A stretch of 64,000 bases of DNA. It comes from an uncultured Candidatus Peribacteria bacterium. GTDB lineage: Bacteria; Patescibacteriota; Gracilibacteria; Peribacterales; Peribacteraceae. Under the pieces are notes generated by a model that was given only the letters and a program-made list of their open reading frames with translations, was not told the DNA's origin and ran no database searches. A program made the translations under genes and the position numbers. How positions within the stretch are numbered: position 1 is the first letter of the stretch; each line of letters begins with the position of its first letter. Positions 22,805-31,668 of the stretch are shown here, piece after piece. Location: assembly GCA_964534205.1 (NCBI GenBank), contig CAZHQF010000002.1, positions 64,488 to 128,487 of the forward strand, in the 5' to 3' direction.

Positions 22805-23242
22805 ATGTCCTCCTACCTCGATCACCTGCCAAGCAGAGAACGCGAGAAGATCCGTAAGCGCCTGCGCAGTTCCGCTGAGTATGAGAAGCTTCGTGAAAAG
22901 GTAAAGGGCCCGGAAGACCTGGAGCGTGAGCTCCCCCGCGCTGAGGCGATGGCCGAACTGCATTTTGAACTCAGCAGTCCTGAACGCGCATCCCAGCTTC
23001 GGGAACGGGTGCAGAATGACATTCGGGAGCAGGGGATCGATGTGGTCATTGATGGAGATGTGTCTGCGGAAGCATCGAAAAAACTCGCGCAGGGAAAATT
23101 CACACTCACGGTCGATACACACCCGGAGCACGACGGCGATGCGCTCGTCGCGATTCCGGAAGGCACCGTGAAAGAGAAGCTTGCGGTGAAGCCGGCATTC
23201 TCAGAATCGTACGCTGCGGGACTCCAGGGAACAGGGGAGTGA
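22805..23242 (+). CDS. Hypothetical charged protein
   Basis: 145-aa ORF, coherent and non-repetitive. The long antisense ORF 22151..23131 is rejected. Confidence 0.6.
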   Translation: MSSYLDHLPSREREKIRKRLRSSAEYEKLREKVKGPEDLERELPRAEAMAELHFELSSPERASQLRERVQNDIREQGIDVVIDGDVSAEASKKLAQGKFTLTVDTHPEHDGDALVAIPEGTVKEKLAVKPAFSESYAAGLQGTGE

Positions 23243-23243
23243 G

Positions 23244-23639
23244 TCAGCGTCCCTGCCTGGCCAAAAGCAGCAGGTAGCAGCCGCCTGCAGCGACCTCCGC
23301 CTCCACCTTGCCCCCGATATGCCCGAGCATCGCGGAGGTTTTGCCGAAGCAGTTCGTCTCCTGCTCCACCGAACCCACCGGTGCTCCTGTGGCATCCGCG
23401 ATGAGCACGTGGCTGCCGCTCAGCATCACGGAGCCCATCTTCCTCCCGTCCGCACCGAGGATCGTCCCGCTCTCCACTTTGCCCACCGTCGTTTCCCCTT
23501 TGCGGATCACCGCCTCCTCCCCATGGATCTCCATGCTGCCCACCTGGCTGCCCTGCGCGTCAAATACTCCCACAGGCTCTGCCCCGCACCCGGTGAGGAA
23601 CAGGAGACCGAAGAGGGAGAGAAAAATCAGGACGCGCAT
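23244..23639 (-). CDS. Lipoprotein
   Basis: Lipobox in MRVLIFLSLFGLLFLTGC. Confidence 0.7.
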   Translation of the reverse strand: MRVLIFLSLFGLLFLTGCGAEPVGVFDAQGSQVGSMEIHGEEAVIRKGETTVGKVESGTILGADGRKMGSVMLSGSHVLIADATGAPVGSVEQETNCFGKTSAMLGHIGGKVEAEVAAGGCYLLLLARQGR

Positions 23640-23767
23640 GACAACGGCGGAACTGCCCCCGAACGAATATTCGTTCGCGAGGTGAATGGCTCGTATCGTA
23701 ATCGTCTTTAGATCACTTTCAATTCAAACCTCTTGCTGTAGAGGAAAAAACTGATCACATTATGCAT

Positions 23768-24076
23768 TCACGAGTATAAATTCTGCTCAAAAGAAACCGT
23801 CAGATCGTCATCCGGAGCCGCTTTATTGCGGATCTTGCGCTTGCACGTTTCACACGCATAAAGAATCACAAATCCTTTTCGCGAGTCACTGTCCATGCCA
23901 ACCGGTTTCAAGAGACCCTTACAGAGTGACGCCCGGTCACCGGGTCCCGCATCATCCACGTGTTTGCCCCACAGACAGTAGGGACAGTGATCGCGGTACG
24001 TGCCGCTGCCGAGAGGGGATACAGCCTTGCCGCAGTGTCCGCAGGTGAAGGGCTCCTCTCGAGGGATAAATGTCAT
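23768..24076 (-). CDS. RNHCP-domain zinc-ribbon protein
   Basis: FTCGHCGKAV...YRDHCPYCLWGKHVD...CETCKRK. Confidence 0.75.
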   Translation of the reverse strand: MTFIPREEPFTCGHCGKAVSPLGSGTYRDHCPYCLWGKHVDDAGPGDRASLCKGLLKPVGMDSDSRKGFVILYACETCKRKIRNKAAPDDDLTVSFEQNLYS

Positions 24077-24098
24077 AGATGGAGGATAATGATGAATT

Positions 24099-24171
24099 GA
24101 AAGAATCCAAAGAATCCGAGGAATCCAAAGAGTATTTTCATGGGATTCTTTGGATTCGTCGGATTCCTTTT
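24099..24171. repeat. GAATCC-word compound hairpin, copy B
   Basis: gaaagaatccaaagaatccgaggaatccaaagag tattttcatg ggattctttggattcgtcggattcctttt. Confidence 0.8.
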
Positions 24172-25264
24172 ACACATTGAACCTGAAATGCATCACATCC
24201 CCATCTTTGACCACGTACGCCTTGCCTTCCTGCCGCATCTTGCCTGCTTCCTTGGCCTTCACTTCCGATCCGGCTGCCACGTAGTCGTCGTAGGCGATGG
24301 TCTCGGCGCAGATGAAGCCCTTCTCAAAATCGGTATGGATCACGCCTGCGGCTTGGGGGGCGGTAAACCCCTTGGTGATGGTCCACGCCCGTACCTCCTG
24401 CTCACCGGCGGTGAAGTAGGTGATGTATCCGAGTGCGTCGTACGCGGCGCGGATCAGACGGTCGAGGCCGGAGGATGTCACACCGAGATCGGCGAGAAAG
24501 GTTTTTGCCTCCTCGGCGCTGAGGTCCTGCAGATCTTCCTCGATCTTTGCAGAGATGATCACGATCTGTATGTCCGGTCCCAGCCCAAGCTGTCTGCGTA
24601 CCTCTTCAACCTTGAGTGTGCTCATCTGTTTTTCCGCGGCGTTCACCGCGTAGATCATCGGCTTATCGGTGAGGAGCTGAAAGCCGCAGGAGATCGCCTT
24701 CTCCTCCTTGGAAAGGTCCGCGGTCACGGCCATTTTCCCGGCTGCGAGTACCTGTTCGAGCTTTTGGGCGACCGCAAGTTCCGCCTGCTTCTCCTTGTCC
24801 CCCGTGCGCGCGGCACCCTGCGCTTTGTCGATGCGCTTCTTGATGCTCTCAAGATCACTGAGCGCCAGCTCTGTCTCGATCGTCTCGCGATCGCGTTTTG
24901 GGTCTACCGATCCTTCCACGTGGATGATGTCACCGCCTTCAAAAATGCGCACCACGTGGCAGATGGCATTCACCTCGCGGATGTGACTGAGGAATTTGTT
25001 GCCGAGCCCTTCACCGGCACTTGCGCCTTTCACAAGGCCGGCAATGTCCACGAATTCCACCGCGGCGGGAATGGTCTTTTTCGGCTTCACAAGTTCTGTC
25101 AGCTTCGCGAGGCGGGGATCCGGTACCTCCACAATGCCCACGTTGGGATCGATGGTGCAGAAGGGGTAGTTGGCCGCCTGGGCGCCCTTGGTGCGGGTGA
25201 GGGCATTGAAGAGAGTGGATTTGCCCACGTTCGGAAGACCGACAATGCCAATTTGTAGAGCCAT
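24170..25264 (-). CDS. ychF: Ribosome-binding ATPase YchF
   Basis: [23 protein letters not shown]...[14 protein letters not shown]-terminal TGS-like end [11 protein letters not shown]. Confidence 0.95.
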   Translation of the reverse strand: MALQIGIVGLPNVGKSTLFNALTRTKGAQAANYPFCTIDPNVGIVEVPDPRLAKLTELVKPKKTIPAAVEFVDIAGLVKGASAGEGLGNKFLSHIREVNAICHVVRIFEGGDIIHVEGSVDPKRDRETIETELALSDLESIKKRIDKAQGAARTGDKEKQAELAVAQKLEQVLAAGKMAVTADLSKEEKAISCGFQLLTDKPMIYAVNAAEKQMSTLKVEEVRRQLGLGPDIQIVIISAKIEEDLQDLSAEEAKTFLADLGVTSSGLDRLIRAAYDALGYITYFTAGEQEVRAWTITKGFTAPQAAGVIHTDFEKGFICAETIAYDDYVAAGSEVKAKEAGKMRQEGKAYVVKDGDVMHFRFNV

Positions 25265-25383
25265 AGCTGCGGGAGTATGCAGAAGGTTTTGGCTTCTGGA
25301 AAGGCCGTTTTGCAGCCCGCGGAAAGAAAAATCCGGCTCGTGCGTCTCCTTCACCACATGCCATTGCGCCCTCTTTTCGGCAT

Positions 25384-25412
25384 TTGACAATTATTAAAAA
25401 TATGATTATCAT
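25384..25412 (+). promoter_or_regulatory. Sigma70-type promoter
   Basis: TTGACA, 17 nt, TATCAT. The -10 ends 10 nt before the ATG at 25423. Confidence 0.55.
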
Positions 25413-25422
25413 TGGCTTCCCT

Positions 25423-26640
25423 ATGCGTCGTACTCTCTCTTCGCTGGCGTCTGCCGCCATCCTGCTCTCCCTCGTTCCCGGGAGTGTGTTTGCCTCGTAC
25501 TCCGATGTGAACGGCACGCGCTTTGTCGCGGCGTACGATCATCTCACCGCCCGCGGCATGGTGCAGGGCTATCCCGATGGCACCGGTCGTCCCAATGCGG
25601 AAATCAACCGCGCAGAGGCGGTAAAAATCCTCCTCGAATCCCGTCCGGAGAACGAGAGCAGGGTCAACAACTACCGGAGCAACCCCTCGCGTGTCTTCAA
25701 TGATATCGGCAACGGTGAGTGGTACGACCCGTACATCCCTGCCGCGCGCGATGTGGGCATGCTCACCGGCTATCCCGACGGTTCGTTCCGTCCGAGCAAT
25801 CGCATCCTCCTTCCCGAAGCGCTGGGCATGATCTACCGCAGCTACGGCTTTACCGCGCAGGCGCAGGCCGGTCAGCAATGGTATCAGCCGTACCTGGACA
25901 AGGCGCTGGAACAGAACACCATCTTCCTCGGCGACCGCTACGGCATCAGCCAGCCCATCACCCGCGGACAGTTCATCGATATCGTGTACCGCCTGGAGAT
26001 TGTGCTCAGCCAGAACCTTAGCGCTTTCCGCGATCCGCCCGAGCTGGCCGGCATGCAGCGCTACGAGATTGATATGAGTACGGGCTCGCAGCAAAACAAC
26101 TCCGGGAACCCGCTCATCATCCATGAGAACAACCAGATGGAGTACCGCCAGCCCGGCACAAGCGCCGCTCCCACGGGTTCCTACAGCCAGTCCGAGCTGC
26201 AGTACAAGTCTTCCAAGGCGTTTGCCATCAGCATCCCGCGCCTGGGGATCAGCGATCTTACGATCACGCATCCGGAAGATGCCGGTACGAGCGAGGGTCT
26301 CGTGGCTCCGCTCCAGACCGGTGTCGGTCACCTCTTTGCCTTCCCCGGCCGTGACGGCAAGGTGATGGTCTACGGCCACTCCAGCGGCTACGCCTGGGAC
26401 GTCTCGGAGTACACCAAGATTTTCCGCAGGGTGAACGAGCTGCAGAACGGTGACCGTGTGTACGTCACGTTCGATGGCACGCTCTACATCTACGAGGTCA
26501 CGCGTCAGCAGGTGATCAACCCTTCCGATGTCACCCCCTTTATGGGCAACGGCGAGGAGCTGATCCTGTACACCTGCTGGCCGCCGGATTCGATCGATAC
26601 GCGCCTGCTGGTGCATGCGAAACCGGTAGCCCGGATCTAA
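25423..26640 (+). CDS. Signal peptide + three SLH repeats + sortase-family transpeptidase domain
   Basis: SLH repeats: YSDVNGTRF...GMVQGYPDGTGRP, FNDIGNGEWY...GMLTGYPDGSFRP. Sortase triad context: VYGHSSG, ELILYTCWP, DTRLLVHA. Confidence 0.8.
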   Translation: MRRTLSSLASAAILLSLVPGSVFASYSDVNGTRFVAAYDHLTARGMVQGYPDGTGRPNAEINRAEAVKILLESRPENESRVNNYRSNPSRVFNDIGNGEWYDPYIPAARDVGMLTGYPDGSFRPSNRILLPEALGMIYRSYGFTAQAQAGQQWYQPYLDKALEQNTIFLGDRYGISQPITRGQFIDIVYRLEIVLSQNLSAFRDPPELAGMQRYEIDMSTGSQQNNSGNPLIIHENNQMEYRQPGTSAAPTGSYSQSELQYKSSKAFAISIPRLGISDLTITHPEDAGTSEGLVAPLQTGVGHLFAFPGRDGKVMVYGHSSGYAWDVSEYTKIFRRVNELQNGDRVYVTFDGTLYIYEVTRQQVINPSDVTPFMGNGEELILYTCWPPDSIDTRLLVHAKPVARI

Positions 26641-26655
26641 TTTGGCTTTCGCGCG

Positions 26656-26729
26656 CCACGCACTGAAGTATCGGTGCGCTGGGTTGAATAAAATTATCGT
26701 CCTAGCCGACGGATACGTCCGTGCGGCGG
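26656..26729 (+). repeat. REP-like 74-bp element, left copy (two hairpins)
   Basis: ccacgcactgaagtatcggtgcgctgggttgaataaaattatcgtcctagccgacggatacgtccgtgcggcgg. Confidence 0.85.
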
Positions 26730-26735
26730 GCAGGA

Positions 26736-27170
26736 TTAAAAAGATAGTTCCGTGATATCCCACCTTCCACAGGCGGATGACCACGGAAATTCTTCAGGAT
26801 GTTCCACAAGACCTGCTTTCACCGGATTGCGATGAATGTAGGACTTTGCTGCGCCTGGATGGTTGACACACTGGATATGGAATCGCCTTTGCCAAAGGGG
26901 CCCGATACCGATGCTGTGACTCAATCCCATTTTGAATCTGTTTAAGATTGTGGAGGTATTCAATGGTGCATTCGTTTTCAGGAGAAGATGCACGTGATCC
27001 GGCATGATCACGAATGCGTAGAGCCAGAACGGCCACAGGGTCTGTACACGGTAAAGAAGTTCAACTGCTTCTCTGGCATAGACAGGGTCTTTGAAAATCG
27101 GCCGTCTGTTCTTCGTGATTGTTGTTACAAGCAGAATGCGGTCATGTTGGACAGGGTGGCGCTGGGTCAT
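26736..27170 (-). CDS. IS200/IS605-like Y1 transposase of the REP-associated (RAYT) type
   Basis: IMPDHVHLLL (HUH motif) and YIHRNPVKAGLVEHPEEFPWSS (catalytic Tyr region). Confidence 0.8.
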   Translation of the reverse strand: MTQRHPVQHDRILLVTTITKNRRPIFKDPVYAREAVELLYRVQTLWPFWLYAFVIMPDHVHLLLKTNAPLNTSTILNRFKMGLSHSIGIGPLWQRRFHIQCVNHPGAAKSYIHRNPVKAGLVEHPEEFPWSSACGRWDITELSF

Positions 27171-27295
27171 GCCTTCAGGATCGGTTTATCGGTACAATTC
27201 GGCGAGAGGGTTTCAAGGATTTATTCGTTGTCACGTCTGATTTTTGGCTTTTATCCTTGTAGTTTGGCGTTCTGTCCCTGTGCAGAACGTCGGTC

Positions 27296-27369
27296 CCACG
27301 CACAGAAGTATCTGTGCGCTGGGTTGAATAGAACTATTGTCTAGCCGCACGGATACGTCCGTGCGGCGG
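27296..27369 (+). repeat. REP-like 74-bp element, right copy, same orientation
   Basis: ccacgcacagaagtatctgtgcgctgggttgaatagaactattgtctagccgcacggatacgtccgtgcggcgg. Confidence 0.85.
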
Positions 27370-27373
27370 AATA

Positions 27374-29860
27374 TCACGCCCCGATTCTCCTAATAATTTC
27401 ACGATCCACAAACTCCTTCGCACGCCCGTACTTGAGACGGCTGAGCTGCTTGAAGGCTTCCGCGGCCTGTACATCCTTGGTGTAGGTGAAGTCCTTCCAC
27501 GGGGCCGGGACCTCGATGGAGAAGGGGCGGGAAGACTGGCCCTTAATGCAGAGCTTCATCGCGCCCTTCAAGAAGTCGGAGTTGGTGAGATCGGATTCCG
27601 AGAACACAGGGCCCATCTGCTTGGCACCGAGTTCCGCGTCCTGCGGACCGATACGGTAGAACATCATGGAACCGACGTTACCGAAGATGGCCCCCTTGAG
27701 GCTCACGGAGCCCGCGAGCTTGCTCTCCTTCTCCAGCTGGTCGAGGTACTGGTGGGCGAGCACGAGACCGAGGCGGTATTTGCGTGCCTCGGAGAGGATC
27801 GATTCGATCGACTGCGTCACGAAGTTCTGGAATTCGTCGATGTAGAGGAAGAAATCCTTCCGTTCCTCCGCGCTCGCGCGCTGGCGGCGCATGGCGGCGA
27901 CCTGGATCTTATTCACGGTCATGAGACCGAGCAGGTTACTGTTGATGTCACCGATGAGACCTTTCGAGAGGTTCATCAGGAGGATCTTGCCGTTATTCAT
28001 CACATCGGAGATATCGAACGCGCTCTTGGTCTGGCCCACGATGTTACGGATGAGCGTGTTGGTGGTGAACTGACCGAACTTGGCGGCGAAGTAGGGGATC
28101 ATCTCCTGCTTCTCGCGCTGGCCGGTGGAGGCCATCTGCTTTTCCCAGAAGGAACGCACGATCGGGTTTTTCACTTTGGAAACCTTGTGCTTCTGCCACT
28201 CGTCATCGGTGAACAGGCGCACGAGATCGGTGATGGCACCGCCCTCGTCCTCGTCATCCATGAGGGTGAGACAGCCGTTGCGGAAGTAGTCCTGGATGCG
28301 CGGACCGAAGATCTCCTCGCCGAACATCTTCACCATCATGTTCATGGCGTCGAGGGCGATGAGGTCTTTTTCCTCCGGCGTCTTGCCCTCGAGCAGGTTG
28401 AAACCCATCGGGCGTTCGGTATCGGCCGGGTTGAAGTAGATCACATCATCGGCGCGTGAGCGGGGGATGTAGGGCAGCAGGTCCTCGATGAGCGAGCCGT
28501 GCGGGTCAACCACACAGATGCCTTTGCCGTTATGCAGATCCTGGCGGGCCATCAGCTGAATGATGGAAGATTTACCCGTACCGGTCTGACCGATGATGTA
28601 GAAGTGTCGGAAGCGGTCTTCGTTCTCCACGAACACCTTCTTCTTCTCCCCGCGGTAGGAGTTGTAGCCGAGGAAGAGACCGTCGGTCGGCAGATCTTTT
28701 GGAGCAGGGGCCGTCTTGAAGTTCTGCCACTTGATCGTCTCCACTTTGTTGTACTTGATGTTCGGCAGGTGAAAGAGCGATGCAAGCTCCGTGGTGCCCA
28801 GCAGGAAACCCGGATAGCGCAGCATTTGCAGAAGCGTGCGGCGCGGGCTGCGGCGTACGAACTGCTCCACCACACGCGCATGGTTGATCATCTTCGCCTT
28901 CTTGAATTTATTCCCGCGGATCTCGTTGAACTGCGCGAAGGAGGCGACGACGCCGTCGAGCAGCATGTCTGCGCGTGACTGCGTCTTTGCGGATGTGACA
29001 AGCCGGATGACCGCGTGGAAGCCGGCGTAGTTGGCCTTCTCGTCCAGGGCCTTGCTGTACTCCTCGGCCATCTGTGAAACTCGCTCGCCGGTGGACTGTT
29101 CCGCCTTCTCATCGATGATGCTGTCGCCGCCGCCGAGGATGTTGTAGACGGCGGTGACGATGTTCATGGGGTTCCACCAGCTTCCCGAGCCTTTCTTCTT
29201 CGGATTGATGAGGGCTCTGGCCTCGTCCTGCAGCTTGGACTGCCAGCCGGACTTGGCGGGGCGGAGGACAAACTGCACGGCGGCACCTTCGTCTTTTGCA
29301 AGCTTGGAGAATGCGTTGGTGATGGAGTTGAGCGGGTCGCTCTTGAGGTGCTGATAGGTCTTGAACACCGACTTCCAGTTCTTGGACGGCACGAGCACTT
29401 CGGTGGACGTCACGGATTCCTCCGTGAAGATGTTGTAGTCCTCCACCTCGTCGATGATCATGTCCGGGTAGAACGATGTCAGCTGCTTCTCGATCAGGTG
29501 CGCGATTTTGCGGGGACACACCATGAAGAACAGAATCTCTCCCGCAAGCGCGGCGTATTCGACGGAGAAGTACTCCTGGCCCTTCCAATTCGCGGAGAAC
29601 TTGCTCGTGTAGAGGCTGTGGAGCGACTGATACAGGTGATCCATCACCCCGAGCACCTCGCGGAAGTCTTTCCCCGAGGAGAACTGCTCGGAATCCGTTT
29701 CTTTATCCTCCTTGCTCTCCTTCTTCGGCATCAGAATCTGGAAGAACACGAGCTCCTTCTCGCGCTTCCGGTCGGCCATCCAGCGCATCGACGCCAACAC
29801 TCCCTGCACGATGCCGTACAGGGCGGCGAGAGAGCCGAAGAGGATCAGGATGCTCTGCAT
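27374..29860 (-). CDS. VirD4/TraD/TraG-like (type IV coupling protein family) P-loop ATPase with an N-terminal TM helix
   Basis: ATG at 29860 (MQSILILFGSLAALYG). Walker A IIGQTGTGKSS, Walker B FFLYIDEFQNF, then GLVLAHQYLDQL. The 347 upstream codons of ORF 27374..30901 are rejected. Confidence 0.8.
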   Translation of the reverse strand: MQSILILFGSLAALYGIVQGVLASMRWMADRKREKELVFFQILMPKKESKEDKETDSEQFSSGKDFREVLGVMDHLYQSLHSLYTSKFSANWKGQEYFSVEYAALAGEILFFMVCPRKIAHLIEKQLTSFYPDMIIDEVEDYNIFTEESVTSTEVLVPSKNWKSVFKTYQHLKSDPLNSITNAFSKLAKDEGAAVQFVLRPAKSGWQSKLQDEARALINPKKKGSGSWWNPMNIVTAVYNILGGGDSIIDEKAEQSTGERVSQMAEEYSKALDEKANYAGFHAVIRLVTSAKTQSRADMLLDGVVASFAQFNEIRGNKFKKAKMINHARVVEQFVRRSPRRTLLQMLRYPGFLLGTTELASLFHLPNIKYNKVETIKWQNFKTAPAPKDLPTDGLFLGYNSYRGEKKKVFVENEDRFRHFYIIGQTGTGKSSIIQLMARQDLHNGKGICVVDPHGSLIEDLLPYIPRSRADDVIYFNPADTERPMGFNLLEGKTPEEKDLIALDAMNMMVKMFGEEIFGPRIQDYFRNGCLTLMDDEDEGGAITDLVRLFTDDEWQKHKVSKVKNPIVRSFWEKQMASTGQREKQEMIPYFAAKFGQFTTNTLIRNIVGQTKSAFDISDVMNNGKILLMNLSKGLIGDINSNLLGLMTVNKIQVAAMRRQRASAEERKDFFLYIDEFQNFVTQSIESILSEARKYRLGLVLAHQYLDQLEKESKLAGSVSLKGAIFGNVGSMMFYRIGPQDAELGAKQMGPVFSESDLTNSDFLKGAMKLCIKGQSSRPFSIEVPAPWKDFTYTKDVQAAEAFKQLSRLKYGRAKEFVDREIIRRIGA

Positions 29861-30061
29861 GCGGAGTATCGTATCATTGTAGCAGAAATCGTGCTTTTTC
29901 TCCAGCTGGAGCGGCGAACCGCCTTTGGGACGGGGGGGCCTGTTTTCCGCTACACTGCTGGCCGAATAGCCAGGTCTCTGACGTCCTTCAACCGGCGCAC
30001 CATCCGGTCGCTTCTCCGCGGCGCACACGGGTATATCTTTGGCAGGCGCGGTCAGGGCAGG

Positions 30062-31132
30062 GTGCACGGGTGGAAGGCCCTCTATCGACTGCGGGTCAAC
30101 GTTCTTCTGCATTCCCCCAGGGCGATCCGTGAAGCAAGCGCCTTTCAGCGGCCCAGACTCTGGGTCGATGACGAGGCATTCCCGCGCATCTTCAAGCTCC
30201 TCAGGCGTGCGCGCCACACCGTGCTGATCCAGATGTTCATCTGGAAGGACGACCGCATCGGCCGCAAGACCGCCGAGGTGCTCTGCGAGGCCGCTGACCG
30301 TGGCGTGAATGTGGAGATCTTCAAGGAAGCAGTGGGGGATTTCTTCGAGACCGATCAGGATTTTTTGACCACCAAATCTTCCGAAGATCCCGTGTGGAAG
30401 CGTTTCTGGAACCACAAGCGGATCCGTGTGGTCTATGAGCCGCGCAACGACCACACCAAGGTGTTCATTATCGATGACAATATCCTGCTGCTCACCGGCA
30501 TGAACGTCGCCGATGAATACCATGAGGAATGGCACGATTACATGGTTGAGCTCAAGGGGCACGCGTTCATCGAGCATTACCTGAGCCGCGGCGAAGCGGT
30601 GACCACCTCGGGAGCCGAACGGCTCGTGATGAATACCGATACACGCAAAGACATCCGCCCGGTGATGATGGAGCTCATTTCCGCCGCGCGCGAAACCATC
30701 GTCATCGAGCACTGCTACTTCTCCGATACGCAGGTGGTTGATGCCTTGGCTCAGAGAAGCCACGAAGGCGTGCGGGTGACGGTGATCGTGCCGAAAGAGC
30801 CCGATCTCCATTACAACGCCAACCAGCAGGCGATGGCGCGGCTCCTCTCCGGCGGCCATCCCAAGCGGTTGCAGGTGTTCCAGTATCCCCGCATCGTCCA
30901 CGGCAAGATCATGCTCATCGACCGCTCGCGCGCTTTCATCGGATCGGCAAATCTCATGGCCTCCTCGCTCGATGAGATGGGCGAGGTGAATGTGCTGCTC
31001 TCGGGTGCAAACTCCCCGGCTATCCTCAAGCTCCGTCAGGTATTACGTGATGACATACTCCAGAGTGAACCGCTCAGGAGCCCGCCGTCGCTGTGGTGGT
31101 TCAGGCGGTGGTTGGCATGGCTCAAGCTCTGA
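30062..31132 (+). CDS. Phospholipase D-superfamily protein with two HKD motifs (cardiolipin-synthase-like). Start uncertain (GTG 30062 proposed).
   Basis: NDHTKVFIIDDNILLLTGMN and IVHGKIMLIDRSRAFIGSANL. The upstream part of ORF 29348..31132 overlaps the ATPase gene antisense. Confidence 0.75.
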   Translation: MHGWKALYRLRVNVLLHSPRAIREASAFQRPRLWVDDEAFPRIFKLLRRARHTVLIQMFIWKDDRIGRKTAEVLCEAADRGVNVEIFKEAVGDFFETDQDFLTTKSSEDPVWKRFWNHKRIRVVYEPRNDHTKVFIIDDNILLLTGMNVADEYHEEWHDYMVELKGHAFIEHYLSRGEAVTTSGAERLVMNTDTRKDIRPVMMELISAARETIVIEHCYFSDTQVVDALAQRSHEGVRVTVIVPKEPDLHYNANQQAMARLLSGGHPKRLQVFQYPRIVHGKIMLIDRSRAFIGSANLMASSLDEMGEVNVLLSGANSPAILKLRQVLRDDILQSEPLRSPPSLWWFRRWLAWLKL

Positions 31133-31137
31133 GGATA

Positions 31138-31210
31138 GAAAGGAATCAGAAGAATAAAAAGAATCCGAGGAATCCAAGGAAAAGTCCTCGTTGGATTCTT
31201 TGGATTCCTT
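31138..31210. repeat. GAATCC-word compound hairpin, copy C, between convergent genes
   Basis: gaaaggaatcagaagaataaaaagaatccgaggaatccaaggaaaagtcctcgttggattctttggattcctt. Confidence 0.8.
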
Positions 31211-31577
31211 ACAGGTGCGTGTGCTTCGACACCATGTCCACCAGCGTCTTGATGGTCATGTCTTTCTTCACAAAGTAATCGTCGGCGCCGAGTTCCATGG
31301 CTTTGAGCTTAAAGTCCGACTGGTCGAAATTGGTGAGCATGATCACCGGGAACGTGCGGGAGTTTTTCGGGAACTGTTCCAGCACCTGAAAGCCGTCCAT
31401 CTTGGGCATATGGATATCCAGGAGCACCATGCCGGGGCTGCTCTCCCGGATGAGTTTGACGGCCTGTTCACCGTCTTCAGCCGTGATGACGTCATAGCCT
31501 TCCACGGAAAACTTCTTCACATAGAGGCTGCGGAGAACCGCATCATCTTCCGCGACAAGGATTTTTCCTTTGATCAT
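31209..31577 (-). CDS. Stand-alone response-regulator receiver (CheY-like) protein
   Basis: MIKGKILVAEDD...MVLLDIHMPKMDG...VIMLTN...GADDYFVK. Confidence 0.85.
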   Translation of the reverse strand: MIKGKILVAEDDAVLRSLYVKKFSVEGYDVITAEDGEQAVKLIRESSPGMVLLDIHMPKMDGFQVLEQFPKNSRTFPVIMLTNFDQSDFKLKAMELGADDYFVKKDMTIKTLVDMVSKHTHL

Positions 31578-31668
31578 AAGACACATCATACAGGATTTGG
31601 AGCCAAAAGTAAAAAGCTCTGCACACAACAGGTGGAGGCTGCAGAGCGTGAAAGAGGTCTCTTTTGGC

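Larger units (their letters stand above)
26656..27369. mobile_element. RAYT (REP-associated tyrosine transposase) gene bracketed by two direct 74-bp REP-like repeats
   Basis: See the component features at 26656..26729, 26736..27170 and 27296..27369. Confidence 0.7.

Noticed and set aside
22151-23131. 326-aa minus-strand ORF spanning three plus-strand genes and two terminators
   Set aside because: It crosses clear terminator hairpins and the duplicated small-protein genes (it even repeats KAALEEA[VI]GIEPGVLLH as a by-product). It shows no coherent domain.
24140-26784. Plus-strand 372-aa ORF opposite ychF and minus-strand 477-aa ORF opposite the SLH-sortase gene
   Set aside because: Antisense shadows of genes with strong family motifs.
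29861-30901. 347-codon N-terminal extension of the VirD4-like ORF, and the 29348-30061 part of the PLD ORF
   Set aside because: Each extension is antisense to the other gene's well-supported coding region. A TM-helix start (MQSILILFG) follows a TACAAT box at 29860, and the HKD domain begins after 30062.
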